A stretch of DNA of 55,105 bases from a virus. The notes under the pieces were generated by a model. The model saw only the letters and a program-made list of their open reading frames with translations, did not search any database and was not told the DNA's origin. Numbering within the stretch: position 1 is the stretch's first letter; each line of letters begins with the position of its first letter. This document shows, in pieces, positions 18,453 to 28,220 of the stretch. Where the stretch lies: the UHGV virus genome UHGV-0308106; one strand, given 5' to 3'. Both the position numbers and the translations under genes were made by a program.

Positions 18453-18841
18453 AGATGAGTTATTGGGCGCTTATTTTAACGTTTATTGCTTGTATTGCTG
18501 GTGGTCTTGTCTGGTCAGCGAATCATTACCATGGAAAGTTTCTGGAGGAACAGCGGCGCGCTGACGATGCAGAACAGCGCGCTGATTCCTTTGAGACCAT
18601 CACCGCGAATGTCCTGCGCACCGTAGCAATAACGAACATCATTCTGGAGACAAATCAATATGCCAGGCAGCAGATCGCACTGGAGTCACAGAGAACCGAG
18701 AACGATATCAAGGCTGCTGTTGCGGATGATGATTGTGCTGTTCGTTTTGTGCCTTCTGGCGCAGTTAAGCGGCTGCACGACTACGCGAACGGTCTACGTT
18801 CCAGTTCCGGTGGTTCCGTTACCAGCCAACCTGACGGCTGA
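18449..18841 (+). CDS. i-spanin (Rz-like)
   Basis: N-terminal TM helix followed by a charged coiled region. Lies after the endolysin. Confidence 0.8.
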   Translation: MKMSYWALILTFIACIAGGLVWSANHYHGKFLEEQRRADDAEQRADSFETITANVLRTVAITNIILETNQYARQQIALESQRTENDIKAAVADDDCAVRFVPSGAVKRLHDYANGLRSSSGGSVTSQPDG

Positions 18842-19004
18842 AACACCCCAGCCAGATTTACCCGATCCGTTTACGTGGGGAGCAAGCCTTAACCTGAATG
18901 TTGCGTTGTTGTCAGCGTTAGCACAGTGCAACAGGGATAAGGCTGATATCAGGACTTTCGAGAACAACAGGGCAGGACAAACAGATGGCACGATTAAACG
19001 TTGA
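18726..19004 (+). CDS. o-spanin (Rz1-like lipoprotein), overlapped architecture
   Basis: MMIVLFVLCLLAQLSGC lipobox and a proline-rich mature part. It starts inside Rz in another frame. Confidence 0.8.
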   Translation: MMIVLFVLCLLAQLSGCTTTRTVYVPVPVVPLPANLTAETPQPDLPDPFTWGASLNLNVALLSALAQCNRDKADIRTFENNRAGQTDGTIKR

Positions 19005-19170
19005 AGTTATCCCACCAGACAGCGAGGTGCTGAACGGGATTTTTGCAGAGATTGAGCGCAAATATGCGCGTCAGCCGCTGACGCCAAAAGTAATTGATGA
19101 AATGCAACGCGAAGCGACGCGCCTTGTACGGCGAATGATAACCACAAAGGTTACGTTCGTCCGGGACTGA
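18985..19170 (+). CDS. Hypothetical 61-aa protein
   Basis: ORF only. Confidence 0.5.
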   Translation: MARLNVEVIPPDSEVLNGIFAEIERKYARQPLTPKVIDEMQREATRLVRRMITTKVTFVRD

Positions 19171-19224
19171 CATTACAGAAGCCCTTCACTGAGGGGCTTC
19201 GATAATGGAGCACTGGGATTATTC

Positions 19225-19845
19225 ATGAACAGACCACACCCACCAGCGCATTTTACGATGCCACCTGACCCGAAGCCTTACATCAGCATAATGCCCGCCA
19301 TTGACGTTGGCGAGTGGCTGAATCAGCACATCCTGAGCGATGAGGGTGACCTCTACAACCCTGACCACCAGCATTTGCTTGAAGCGGATCTGTGCTTTCT
19401 CTGGGCGTCGAACACTTTCGAGAAGAAAGGGCGGTCCGTGCTGGGGCAGGCGGAAGAAGTGGCAATGCGGGCTGGAGGCTGGCAGAAAGCGCGGATGGAG
19501 CAGCAGATGTATGAATGGTTCGGCAGGGTGCCGCAGTTCATCATCACGCTGGCCGCCGATTACTGCTCGCAATGTTCCGATCTGGAATTCTGCGCGCTGA
19601 TAGAGCACGAGCTTTATCACATCTGCCAAGCGACAGATGAATTTGGTGTGCCGAAGTTCACGCAGGAAGGGCAGCCAAAGCTGAAGCTGCGCGGCCATGA
19701 CGTGGAAGAGTTTGTGGGCGTGGTTCGCCGTTACGGTGCGAGCCGTGATGTGCAGGAAATGATTGATGCGGCGAATCAGCCAGCGGAGGTTGCTCATCTC
19801 GATATTGCCAGAGCTTGCGGGACGTGCATGCTGCGACTGGCTTAA
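19225..19845 (+). CDS. Putative phage metallopeptidase-domain protein
   Basis: HExxH motif (IEHELYH). Located before the terminase genes. Confidence 0.7.
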   Translation: MNRPHPPAHFTMPPDPKPYISIMPAIDVGEWLNQHILSDEGDLYNPDHQHLLEADLCFLWASNTFEKKGRSVLGQAEEVAMRAGGWQKARMEQQMYEWFGRVPQFIITLAADYCSQCSDLEFCALIEHELYHICQATDEFGVPKFTQEGQPKLKLRGHDVEEFVGVVRRYGASRDVQEMIDAANQPAEVAHLDIARACGTCMLRLA

Positions 19846-19875
19846 AACTGGACTGAATAAGACGAATGGTGATTT

Positions 19876-20349
19876 ATGGCTGCATTAAAACCTGATGTGA
19901 AAGCCTTCATCATTCAGTCGCTTGCGTGCTATGACACGCCGACGCAGGTGGTTGAGGCTGTCCAAAAAGAATTCGGGATCAAGATCACCCGCCAGCAGGC
20001 TGAATCTCACGACCCCACGAAGGCCAGCGGTAAGACGCTCGCCAAAAAGTGGATCGAGATGTTCCACGCTACGCGCGAACGGTTCCTGACCGAAACCAGC
20101 GACATTCCGATCGCGAACAAATCCTATCGCCTCCGCGTGCTTGACCGCATGGCAACCAAAACCGAGGGGATGAAAAACTTCTCCCTGACGGCGCAGCTGA
20201 TTGAACAGGCCGCGAAAGAGGTTGGCGACGCTTACACCAATAAGCTGAAGGTTGAAAGCACTGGCAAGGATGGCGGCCCGATCAAGACCGAGACGACCAA
20301 CCTCACCGCAGATCAGGCCGCAGAGATTTACCGCAAGATGATGGGGTGA
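19876..20349 (+). CDS. terS: Terminase small subunit (DUF2280-type), helper copy
   Basis: Lies before TerL. Has a paralog at 37662-38135. Confidence 0.75.
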   Translation: MAALKPDVKAFIIQSLACYDTPTQVVEAVQKEFGIKITRQQAESHDPTKASGKTLAKKWIEMFHATRERFLTETSDIPIANKSYRLRVLDRMATKTEGMKNFSLTAQLIEQAAKEVGDAYTNKLKVESTGKDGGPIKTETTNLTADQAAEIYRKMMG

Positions 20350-20371
20350 TAGCCGCATGTTGCGGCTATGG
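20350..20371. terminator. Hairpin between convergent terS and the HEAT gene
   Basis: TAGCCGCA-tgt-TGCGGCTA. Confidence 0.5.
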
Positions 20372-20374
20372 ATT

Positions 20375-20587
20375 CTAGGCTTGTTTTGGTCGAGTAATAC
20401 GGCCAAGAGCTTTAATTGCAGCGACTTTGACGTTGTGATTTAGATCCGAAGATAAATCAAGTAAGCGATTTACATGAGCTGGCGTTGCTGAAGCACTCTC
20501 GCCGAGAGCATAAATTGCAGACAATTTTACTTCGTTGTTAAGGTCGTTGGTTAATTCCAACAACTTAGCGCTAACTGCTGGTGTCAT
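20375..20587 (-). CDS. Mini HEAT-repeat protein (two repeats), antisense moron
   Basis: The pattern ..NNEVKLSAIYALGE.. / ..NHNVKVAAIKALGR.. occurs twice. An AGGAGG precedes the ATG at 20587. AT-rich. Confidence 0.65.
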   Translation of the reverse strand: MTPAVSAKLLELTNDLNNEVKLSAIYALGESASATPAHVNRLLDLSSDLNHNVKVAAIKALGRITRPKQA

Positions 20588-20658
20588 AAAACCTCCTGTA
20601 ATTGGTACATAAACAATATCAACTTTGTTACGCAAAAACTCAATGCCTGGAATTGTTT

Positions 20659-22281
20659 ATGCCTCTGCCGTTTGAATTCGATTTCAGAAACCCTGATTAC
20701 CAGATGGTTTTTGAATGGCGGATGGAGCGCTTACAGCGCATTCGCCAGAACCCTGAAATGCTGCCAGCACTAAAGCAGTTTTACCGCACCAACCCGGCAC
20801 AGTTCATCATCGACTGGGGTATGACTACTGACCCGCGTAACATCGATTATGGCCTGCCGGTCACAATCCCTTTTCTGCTGTTCCCGAAACAGGAAGAGTG
20901 GATTCACTGGATCATTGAGCGGCGCGAACGACTGGAGAACGGCATCACCGAAAAGAGCCGCGAAATGGGGCTCAGTTGGACCGCGATCGGGCTGGCCTGC
21001 TCGCTTTGTCTCTTCAACAAAGAAATGGTTATCGGTTTCGGCTCCCGTAAAGAGGAATACGTCGACAGCACCGGTGACCCGAAGGCGCTGTTCTGGAAGG
21101 CGCGAAAGTTCGTGGAAACACTGCCCATCGAGTTTCGTGGTTCGTGGGACGAGAAGAAGCATGCGCCGTATATGCGCGTTGAGTTTCCAGATACTGGCGC
21201 GGTTATCAAAGGCGAGGCTGGCGACAATATCGGACGTGGTGACCGTACCACGCTCTACCTGGTGGATGAAGCTGCATTCCTCCAGCGTCCTCTGTTGATT
21301 GATGCGGCGCTGTCGCAAACCACCCGTTGCCGTATTGACCTGAGCTCGGTTAATGGCATGGCGAACCCGTTCGCGCAGAAGCGCCACGGCGGAAAAATAC
21401 CAGTATTCACGTTCCACTGGCGAGATGACCCGCGCAAGGATGAAGAGTGGTATCGCAGGGAGTGCGAGAAAATCGACAATCCGGTGGTGGTGGCGCAGGA
21501 ACTTGACCTGAACTACAGCGCATCTGCGGAAGGCGTCCTGATCCCGTCCGACTGGGTACAGGCTGCCGTCGACGCGCATATCAAACTTGGTATTCAGCCA
21601 ACGGGCAAGCGACTGGGCGCGATGGACGTCGCCGACGAAGGCCGGGACAAAAATGCCTTTTCGACCCGTCACGGCTTCCTTCTGGAGAACGTGCGTGAAT
21701 GGTCCGGCGTTGGCAGCGACATTTACCAGTCTGTTGAGAAGGTCTTCGGCTTTTGCGAACAGGACAACCTCGAAGAGTTTCGCTTCGACGAGGACGGCCT
21801 GGGTGCTGGCGTTCGCGGCGATGCGCGCGCCATCAACGAACTGCGTTACGCAGCGCGCCGACCGTCAATACTCGCCACACCGTTTCGTGGTAGCGGCGCG
21901 GTATTTGATCCGGACGATGAAGCGGTGCGCGGGGACAACGGACAGGCCGCACGCCTGAACAAGGACTTCTTCGCCAACGCCAAGGCCCAGAGCTGGTGGT
22001 GGCTACGCAAGCTTTTCCAGAACACCTATCGCGCCGTGGTTGAGGGCATGGCCTACAACCCGGACGAAATCATCTCAATCAGCAGCGCCATGGCGAGCAA
22101 AGACAAACTCATCATTGAGCTGTCGCAGCCGACCTACTCCATTAATGGCGTGGGGAAAATCGTTGTTGATAAACAGCCTGATGGCACCAAGTCGCCGAAC
22201 CTCGCCGACTCGGTGATGATCAGCTACGCGCCAATGAATTCAGCCCTGAACATCTGGGAGCTGCTAGGGAGACAGGCCTGA
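20659..22281 (+). CDS. terL: Terminase large subunit
   Basis: 541 aa located before the portal gene. I prefer the start at MPLPFEFDF. Confidence 0.85.
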   Translation: MPLPFEFDFRNPDYQMVFEWRMERLQRIRQNPEMLPALKQFYRTNPAQFIIDWGMTTDPRNIDYGLPVTIPFLLFPKQEEWIHWIIERRERLENGITEKSREMGLSWTAIGLACSLCLFNKEMVIGFGSRKEEYVDSTGDPKALFWKARKFVETLPIEFRGSWDEKKHAPYMRVEFPDTGAVIKGEAGDNIGRGDRTTLYLVDEAAFLQRPLLIDAALSQTTRCRIDLSSVNGMANPFAQKRHGGKIPVFTFHWRDDPRKDEEWYRRECEKIDNPVVVAQELDLNYSASAEGVLIPSDWVQAAVDAHIKLGIQPTGKRLGAMDVADEGRDKNAFSTRHGFLLENVREWSGVGSDIYQSVEKVFGFCEQDNLEEFRFDEDGLGAGVRGDARAINELRYAARRPSILATPFRGSGAVFDPDDEAVRGDNGQAARLNKDFFANAKAQSWWWLRKLFQNTYRAVVEGMAYNPDEIISISSAMASKDKLIIELSQPTYSINGVGKIVVDKQPDGTKSPNLADSVMISYAPMNSALNIWELLGRQA

Positions 22282-23750
22282 TGGCACGAAACAAACAAGC
22301 CCTGCGGCGAACGGCACAGGCCACCGCTGACGGCTACGAGAACTTCGTCGCCCGCGTTGGGATGCAGACGCCTAACCAGCATTCAGCATCGACCTACCGG
22401 GCGAACTTCACCAGCCGCAACCGCATGCTGGTGGAATGGTCATATCGCGGTTCGTGGGTTATCGGTGAAGCGGTCGACGCTATCCCGGACGATATGACCC
22501 GAAAGGGCATTCGCATCACTTCGGAGATTGACGCCAAAGACCGTGGCACCCTCGAAGCGCAACTGGATGAGTTGCAGATCTGGGATGCGCTGAACGACGT
22601 GCTGAAATGGTCGCGCCTCTACGGCGGCGCGGTCGGCTTCATCATGATCGAGGGGCAAGCACCAATGACCCCGCTGCGACTCGAAACCATTGGCGAGGGC
22701 AAGTTTAAGGGCATTCTCCCGCTCGACCGCTGGATGATTAACCCGGTGCTGACACGCCGCATTAAAGAGATGGGGCCGGACCTCGGCAAGCCTGAGTTTT
22801 ACGACGTGGTGACCACCGCAACGGGCATTCCGGCCTGGCGCATCCATCACAGCCGCCTGATCCGCTTTGATGGCGTCACGCTGCCATTCCAGCAGAAGAT
22901 GACCGAAAACGAATGGGGAATGTCGGTTGTAGAGCGTATCTGGGATCGGCTTACTGCGTTCGATAGCGCTACTGTCGGCGCGGCGCAGCTGGTCTATAAA
23001 GCGCATCTGCGTACCTATAGCGTGGAGAAGTTGCGCGAGCTTATCGCGCTTGGAGGCCCGGCGTTCGAAGCGTTGCTGAAGAACATCGACCTGATCCGCC
23101 AGTTCCAGAGCAATGAAGGTATGACGCTCATGGACTCGCGGGATAAGTTCGAAACCCACCAGTACAGCTTTAGTGGTCTGGATGACATTCTTTCGCAGTT
23201 TGCTGAGCAGATCAGCGGTGCCGTTGGTATCCCGCTGGTACGCCTGTTCGGTCAATCCCCGAAAGGCTTCTCTACTGGTGATGCAGACCTCGCCAACTAT
23301 TACGACCGGGTGAGCTCATTGCAGGAGCGCCGCTTACGACTGCCGATGCGCCGGATACTGGACATTATGCACCGCTCGGAACTCGGAAAGCCGCTGCCGG
23401 ACGATTTCACGTTTGAGTTTAACCCGCTATGGCAAATGTCAGACGTTGACCGATCAACGGTGGCCGTAAACACCACCAACGCGATCAGTACCGCGCTGGG
23501 CGACGGATTGATGACGCGTAAGGCGGCGATGACCGACCTGCGCGAAAACTCTGACGTCACCGGCATCGGGGCATCCATTACCGACGAGGATATCGAGAAT
23601 GCCGAAGACGAAGCGCCGCCAGGCATCGGCGAACTTGGCGACAAACCGCCAGAGCCGCCAGGCGGAGATCCGATATCGAACGAGCCTACGGCAGATAGCG
23701 CGGGCGGTCGGGGATATCGTAAATGGGCGCTACGATGGTTCAAACGATAG
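22281..23750 (+). CDS. Portal protein (DUF1073-type)
   Basis: 489 aa with an acidic C-terminal tail. Position is consistent with a portal. Confidence 0.85.
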   Translation: MARNKQALRRTAQATADGYENFVARVGMQTPNQHSASTYRANFTSRNRMLVEWSYRGSWVIGEAVDAIPDDMTRKGIRITSEIDAKDRGTLEAQLDELQIWDALNDVLKWSRLYGGAVGFIMIEGQAPMTPLRLETIGEGKFKGILPLDRWMINPVLTRRIKEMGPDLGKPEFYDVVTTATGIPAWRIHHSRLIRFDGVTLPFQQKMTENEWGMSVVERIWDRLTAFDSATVGAAQLVYKAHLRTYSVEKLRELIALGGPAFEALLKNIDLIRQFQSNEGMTLMDSRDKFETHQYSFSGLDDILSQFAEQISGAVGIPLVRLFGQSPKGFSTGDADLANYYDRVSSLQERRLRLPMRRILDIMHRSELGKPLPDDFTFEFNPLWQMSDVDRSTVAVNTTNAISTALGDGLMTRKAAMTDLRENSDVTGIGASITDEDIENAEDEAPPGIGELGDKPPEPPGGDPISNEPTADSAGGRGYRKWALRWFKR

Positions 23751-24372
23751 CGTCACCGAAATAATGGATGCGCTGGAGCGCTACAGCGAAATCATCACCC
23801 CCTGGGCGACTAAGGTTGCTGAGAGCTTCACCGCCGACATTGCGCGCCAGAATGAAAAGCAGTGGCGTCAGCACAGCCGGAACATCAGCGCAGAGCTGCG
23901 CAACATGGTTGACCGCGCCCCGGTAGGCCAGGTGATGAAATCCATCGTTGCCGAGCAAATTAAGTACATTAAATCGCTGCCTCTTGAGGCCGCCGATCGG
24001 GTGTATGACATTCAGAACAAAGCCATCGAGGCTGTTGTGACTGGTGGCCGCGCTGAGCCATTCGCGAAAGAGATAGCTGCGTCCGGTGACGTGTCACGCT
24101 CGCGAGCGAACCTTATCGCCCGTACCGAGCTTGGACGCGCAACCGGCGCGCTCGATCAGGCGCGTGCGCTGTCAATCGGCTCGAATGGTTATATCTGGCG
24201 TACAGCCGAAGATGGCGACGTCCGGCATTCTCATCGGGAGATGGAAGGTAAGTTTGTCGAATGGGGCCGACCTCCAACGCTTGACGGTATGACCGGTCAC
24301 GCTGGTGAGCTGCCGAACTGCCGCTGTTACAAAGAAATCGTCTTCCCCAACCCTCATTCTTATCTCGCCTGA
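23599..24372 (+). CDS. Head morphogenesis protein, Mu F / SPP1 gp7 family
   Basis: C-terminus reads YIWRTAEDGDVRHSHREMEGK..LPNCRC. The GAGGA-preceded start overlaps the portal 3' end. Confidence 0.8.
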   Translation: MPKTKRRQASANLATNRQSRQAEIRYRTSLRQIARAVGDIVNGRYDGSNDSVTEIMDALERYSEIITPWATKVAESFTADIARQNEKQWRQHSRNISAELRNMVDRAPVGQVMKSIVAEQIKYIKSLPLEAADRVYDIQNKAIEAVVTGGRAEPFAKEIAASGDVSRSRANLIARTELGRATGALDQARALSIGSNGYIWRTAEDGDVRHSHREMEGKFVEWGRPPTLDGMTGHAGELPNCRCYKEIVFPNPHSYLA

Positions 24373-24386
24373 ATCGCAGGTAAACC

Positions 24387-25619
24387 ATGAAATATTTTTT
24401 CAATACCCGGCTGGGGGAAACCCGCTATCAGCTGGCTGACGGCTCGCTGTTGTGTAAAGACGTGCCGATAGGTCGAACGGGTAAGCAGCTCTACGGCGCT
24501 GCCGATCTGCCAAACCTCAAACCCGACAAGCTCGGTGAGATAGTCGTAACGCGTTCTCCTGAGCAGGTATTCCATCCGGCCACGCTCGCCTCATTCGAAG
24601 GGATGAGCATCACGATCCTGCATCCTGAAGATGAAAACGGGAATGTGCGGCTGGTAAATCCCGAGAACTGGAAAGAGCTTGCGGTCGGGCATTTTCAGAA
24701 CGTTCGGCGCGGGACTGGTGACCAGTCTGATTTGATGCTGGCAGACCTTATCGTCAAAGACGAAAGCGCCATTCAGCTTATCGAAGATGGTCTGCGCGAA
24801 GTGTCGTGCGGCTATGACGCGGAGTACGAGCAGACCGAGCCAGGTAAAGCCGAGCAGGTCGATATTACCGGAAACCATGTGGCTCTTGTCCCTAAAGGCA
24901 GAGCCGGAAATCGTTGTGCAATTGGAGACAGAGACACAATGGCAAATCAAAAGAAAAGCTGGTGGACCCGCATGCGCACGGCCATCAAAACGGGTGACGC
25001 TGACACCATGAACGAACTGCTGGACTCTGCGCCAGCGGCGGTAACGGGTGACGAAGGGGATCTGCCGAGCGGCGTTAACCTCAACATTAACCTTTCACCG
25101 CAGCAACCATTGCCGGACAAAAAGCCGGAAATGGGCGGAGATCCAACCGGCGACGGCGAGGACGATATCAAAACCTTGCTCAAAGCCCTGCTGGCTAAGC
25201 TCGAAGGAACTGCGACGGGCGATAACGACAATAAGCCTGACGAAAAAGACAAAAAAGATCCGACCGGCGACGGCGAGGACGACGAAGAGGAAACCACGAT
25301 TACCGGTGACTCTGCCTATCGTGCCGAGGTTATCGTCCCGGGTATCGATCTGAGCCGTAAGGTGAAACCGACCGCGTTCAAACGTGATGTGCTGGCTGCC
25401 GCTGACAAAACACTGGTTCGCCAGGTTGTCGGTGATGCGGATATCCGCAAATTGCCCAAGCAATCGGTAGATATGGCGTTTAACGCCGTGTCAGAGATTG
25501 CCAAAGGGCGAAACACCCGCAGCACCACGGGCGATGCACAACGTCCAAATATGGGCATGACCAGCATCGCTTCCCTGAACAAACAAAACGCCGACTTCTG
25601 GTCTAACCGCAAAGGATAA
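24387..25619 (+). CDS. Scaffold protein (DUF2213-type)
   Basis: N-terminal domain, acidic DPTGDGEDD repeats, and a C-terminus reading TTGDAQRPNMGMTSIASLNKQNADFWSNRKG. Confidence 0.8.
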   Translation: MKYFFNTRLGETRYQLADGSLLCKDVPIGRTGKQLYGAADLPNLKPDKLGEIVVTRSPEQVFHPATLASFEGMSITILHPEDENGNVRLVNPENWKELAVGHFQNVRRGTGDQSDLMLADLIVKDESAIQLIEDGLREVSCGYDAEYEQTEPGKAEQVDITGNHVALVPKGRAGNRCAIGDRDTMANQKKSWWTRMRTAIKTGDADTMNELLDSAPAAVTGDEGDLPSGVNLNINLSPQQPLPDKKPEMGGDPTGDGEDDIKTLLKALLAKLEGTATGDNDNKPDEKDKKDPTGDGEDDEEETTITGDSAYRAEVIVPGIDLSRKVKPTAFKRDVLAAADKTLVRQVVGDADIRKLPKQSVDMAFNAVSEIAKGRNTRSTTGDAQRPNMGMTSIASLNKQNADFWSNRKG

Positions 25620-25627
25620 TCCAATGA

Positions 25628-25648
25628 CTGCATATCTGTACCTTATGC
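25628..25648. repeat. Candidate attL of the satellite
   Basis: CTGCATATCTGTACCTTATGC compared with 38350-38370 TTGCATTCCTGTACCGGATGC: 16 of 21 nt match, with a shared CTGTACC core. Confidence 0.55.
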
Positions 25649-25833
25649 AACTAATATCTATTAATCAGTGCGTTATCGTTCGGAATCATACTGCGTTACT
25701 GGCCTGAACCATAAAAATGACACTCCGAACATGTGCGGATTTATTCGCCGGATTTCGCTTTGATTCGGTACGTGAGGGACTAGAGCGAGAATCATGCGCC
25801 GTTTGCATTACATGGTAGCCAGAGAGGTGTTGA

Positions 25834-27063
25834 ATGATTGTTAGGCCACTAACTAACGTCGAAGTGAAAAGCGCGAAGGCACAGGGCAAGGATTTCAGTT
25901 TGCACGATGGTTTCGGTTTGTTGCTTTACATCACAAGCCGGGGCGGTAAGTCATGGCGTTTTCGGTATGTACACCCGGTAACGAAGAAGAGACAAACCTA
26001 TACCATTGGAAGATACCCGGAGTTTACTTTGTCCGAAGCGAGGGAGGAACGTTCGAAACTGCGCCGTATGGTAGCGCGGGGGATAGATCCGAACGAAGTC
26101 AAAAAAGATACCAGGAATGAACAGCGTAAAATGTACGCGCAGTCATTTCAGGCCGTTGCCGATGAATGGCTAAAAATCAAGATTAAAGAAGGTGCGAGAA
26201 GCAACACGCTTGAATCGCACAATGTGACGTTGAAGCATCTTTCCACGATTTTTAGGCATACCACAGTACATAAAATAAACGCAGCCGATACTATTCAGGC
26301 TTTTAAACCTTTCAGGGAAAGGCCATCAACGCTTACGAAAATGGTTATTACCATCAACGCCATAATGGATTATGCGGTAAATATTGGGGTTATTGAGCAC
26401 AACCCACTATCGAAAATTGGTAAAGCATTCCCGGCTGAAAAAAACGAACCAAGAGCGACTTTACAGAAAGAGCGGTTGCCAGAATTTTTAAGCGCATGGA
26501 ACGAGTTGAGCTTATGGGAGCCATCAAAGCTGGCATTATTATTTCAGATCATTACGATGGTCCGACCTTCGGAAGCTGGCGGCGCTCTCTGGAATGAGAT
26601 TGATTTTGATAATTCAATCTGGCAAATCCCTGCAAGCCGGATGAAAGGAAAGCGCCCCCACGTAGTCCCATTATCGAGCCAGGCTATAAACGTGCTTAAA
26701 GAGGCCGAAAAGTGGAAGCGCTGCGATTATGTTTTCCCCTCATGGCGAAAAGAAAATAAGCCGATCTCACGATGTGCGACTCAGGCCGGAATACACAAAA
26801 CGTCGTTTAAAGGAATGATTGTTCCTCATGGGTTCAGGGCGTTGGCATCTACAGTTTTAAATGACGAGGGGTTCAACCCTGATGTGATTGAGGCTGCACT
26901 CGCTCACAAAAGCGCCGATGCGATTCGAAATGTTTATAACCGTAGCGACTATCTGGAAAAACGCCGGGTTTTAATGCAATGGTGGGGGGACTTTATCGAG
27001 GCCGCAGAGCGTGGAGAGATACTGGAGACCAGCGGCGATAAGGGCTTAAGGCTGGTTGTGTAG
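25834..27063 (+). CDS. int: Satellite tyrosine integrase, P4-type
   Basis: LHDGFGLLLYITSRGGKSWRFRY..., HGFRALAST, LAHKSADAIRNVY. Confidence 0.9.
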   Translation: MIVRPLTNVEVKSAKAQGKDFSLHDGFGLLLYITSRGGKSWRFRYVHPVTKKRQTYTIGRYPEFTLSEAREERSKLRRMVARGIDPNEVKKDTRNEQRKMYAQSFQAVADEWLKIKIKEGARSNTLESHNVTLKHLSTIFRHTTVHKINAADTIQAFKPFRERPSTLTKMVITINAIMDYAVNIGVIEHNPLSKIGKAFPAEKNEPRATLQKERLPEFLSAWNELSLWEPSKLALLFQIITMVRPSEAGGALWNEIDFDNSIWQIPASRMKGKRPHVVPLSSQAINVLKEAEKWKRCDYVFPSWRKENKPISRCATQAGIHKTSFKGMIVPHGFRALASTVLNDEGFNPDVIEAALAHKSADAIRNVYNRSDYLEKRRVLMQWWGDFIEAAERGEILETSGDKGLRLVV

Positions 27064-27104
27064 GGCATATCCATTTTTGGATAATTATGATTTCAAACGG
27101 GAAT

Positions 27105-27130
27105 AGCTGGCTTTAAGCCAGCTTTTTTTA
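27105..27130 (+). terminator. Rho-independent terminator after the satellite int
   Basis: AGCTGGCTT-t-AAGCCAGCT followed by a T-run. Confidence 0.8.
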
Positions 27131-27206
27131 TGCCCAAAGCTAACCGGAATGCGTTTTTTTTTATTCAAATCATATATAATCATATCGAATATATACGGAG
27201 GTTTTT

Positions 27207-27419
27207 ATGTCTATAAGTGGCGGTGATATTCTGCTAAAAGGTGAAGTGAAAGCGCGTTTACGTTATCGCTCAGACTCGTCATTCTACGAGTTTCTAAAAG
27301 ACGAGAAAAACGGCTTTCCAATGCCTTTTAAAGTCGGTGGGCGTAACTGCTGGTATGAAGATGAAGTAGATGCCTGGATAAGTAAACAAAGCGAGAAGCG
27401 CGGGATCTGCACATCATGA
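27207..27419 (+). CDS. alpA: AlpA-family regulator/excisionase-like protein
   Basis: LLKGEVKARL..FPMPFKVGGRNCWYEDEVDAWI. Confidence 0.8.
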   Translation: MSISGGDILLKGEVKARLRYRSDSSFYEFLKDEKNGFPMPFKVGGRNCWYEDEVDAWISKQSEKRGICTS

Positions 27420-27440
27420 ATGTTTGCAGATTTGGGAAAG

Positions 27441-27477
27441 AGGGCTTGCTAACGGCTATCCGGGCAAGCCCTTTTTA
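27441..27477. terminator. Bidirectional terminator
   Basis: AGGGCTTGC...GCAAGCCCT followed by TTTTT. Confidence 0.75.
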
Positions 27478-27558
27478 TTGTCAGTGGTGGGGATCTGTAA
27501 CTTACGGCCACCAGCGCCGGTAATCACCTTCTGGCTGGTGGCTTCACTGGCATGGCTA

Positions 27559-27918
27559 TTACGCTGCCGCATCATCTGAATTGAATTCAATGTGAATTCG
27601 GTCATAAGGCAGCACGATTTTTTCGCCGTCTTTGTCCAGAACGCCGCCGTTAAGCAGTGACTGAACATCGTTATAAACACCGCGAAAATCACGGTTAACA
27701 ATGCGTGATAGTTCGCGGATTGATACGGCTTGCGCTCCCTCCATCGCTTTGATGATCTGCCAGCGGTTAGGGGCAAGCATAGTTTTAGCCAGTTGTTCTA
27801 CAGTGGGAAAAATCAGTTCGGAACCGATGAAATCCCCGTTCATTGCGCGGGAGGCGTCGGACATTGCCACCCGGAAAGCATCATCAACGGTCATTACTCT
27901 GACGGTCAGCACTCGCAT
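27559..27918 (-). CDS. wHTH DNA-binding protein, putative antitoxin (TumA-like)
   Basis: ..RWQIIKAMEGAQAVSIRELSRIVNRDFRGVYNDVQSL.. GGAGG ribosome-binding site. Starts 4 nt after the upstream gene. Confidence 0.7.
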   Translation of the reverse strand: MRVLTVRVMTVDDAFRVAMSDASRAMNGDFIGSELIFPTVEQLAKTMLAPNRWQIIKAMEGAQAVSIRELSRIVNRDFRGVYNDVQSLLNGGVLDKDGEKIVLPYDRIHIEFNSDDAAA

Positions 27919-27922
27919 GGTA

Positions 27923-28204
27923 TTACCTCCTCAACAGGTTTATGTCAGCCTGAAAGCTGGCGATCAGGTTCTCAATGGTGGTGAATGTCACCGGATATTC
28001 CCGATCATGGATGTGTTTGTGGTCGCCTTTGCCACGTTCGTTGTCGTAACGCATGACGCACTCGCCATCTACGATGTAGGCCAGACTGTACTTGTATTGG
28101 TGCTGGCTACCTAAAATTGCCGGGTCTACTTCCAGAATGCGGATCGAGGCGAAAGCGTTATCAGCTATCTGGATACGGCGGTTCATCAACTCAACAGCGG
28201 GCAT
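27923..28204 (-). CDS. DUF6516/TumE-like putative toxin
   Basis: YKYSLAYIVDGECVMRYDNERGKGDHKHI motif, recognised from memory. AAGGAG ribosome-binding site. Confidence 0.6.
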   Translation of the reverse strand: MPAVELMNRRIQIADNAFASIRILEVDPAILGSQHQYKYSLAYIVDGECVMRYDNERGKGDHKHIHDREYPVTFTTIENLIASFQADINLLRR

Positions 28205-28220
28205 TGGCTTATCTCCTTGT

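Noticed and set aside
19219-19797. 192-aa minus-strand ORF opposite the metallopeptidase gene
   Set aside because: The plus-strand frame carries the HExxH motif and fits the operon direction. The antisense frame is an arginine/histidine-rich artefact.
27510-27521. 12-nt identity CCACCAGCGCCG shared with 38138-38149, considered as a possible satellite end repeat
   Set aside because: A single 12-mer match is expected by chance many times in 55 kb, and neither copy is at a junction.
27456-27776. 106-aa minus-strand ORF overlapping the antitoxin gene
   Set aside because: It is out of frame with the well-supported wHTH gene and starts within a terminator hairpin.
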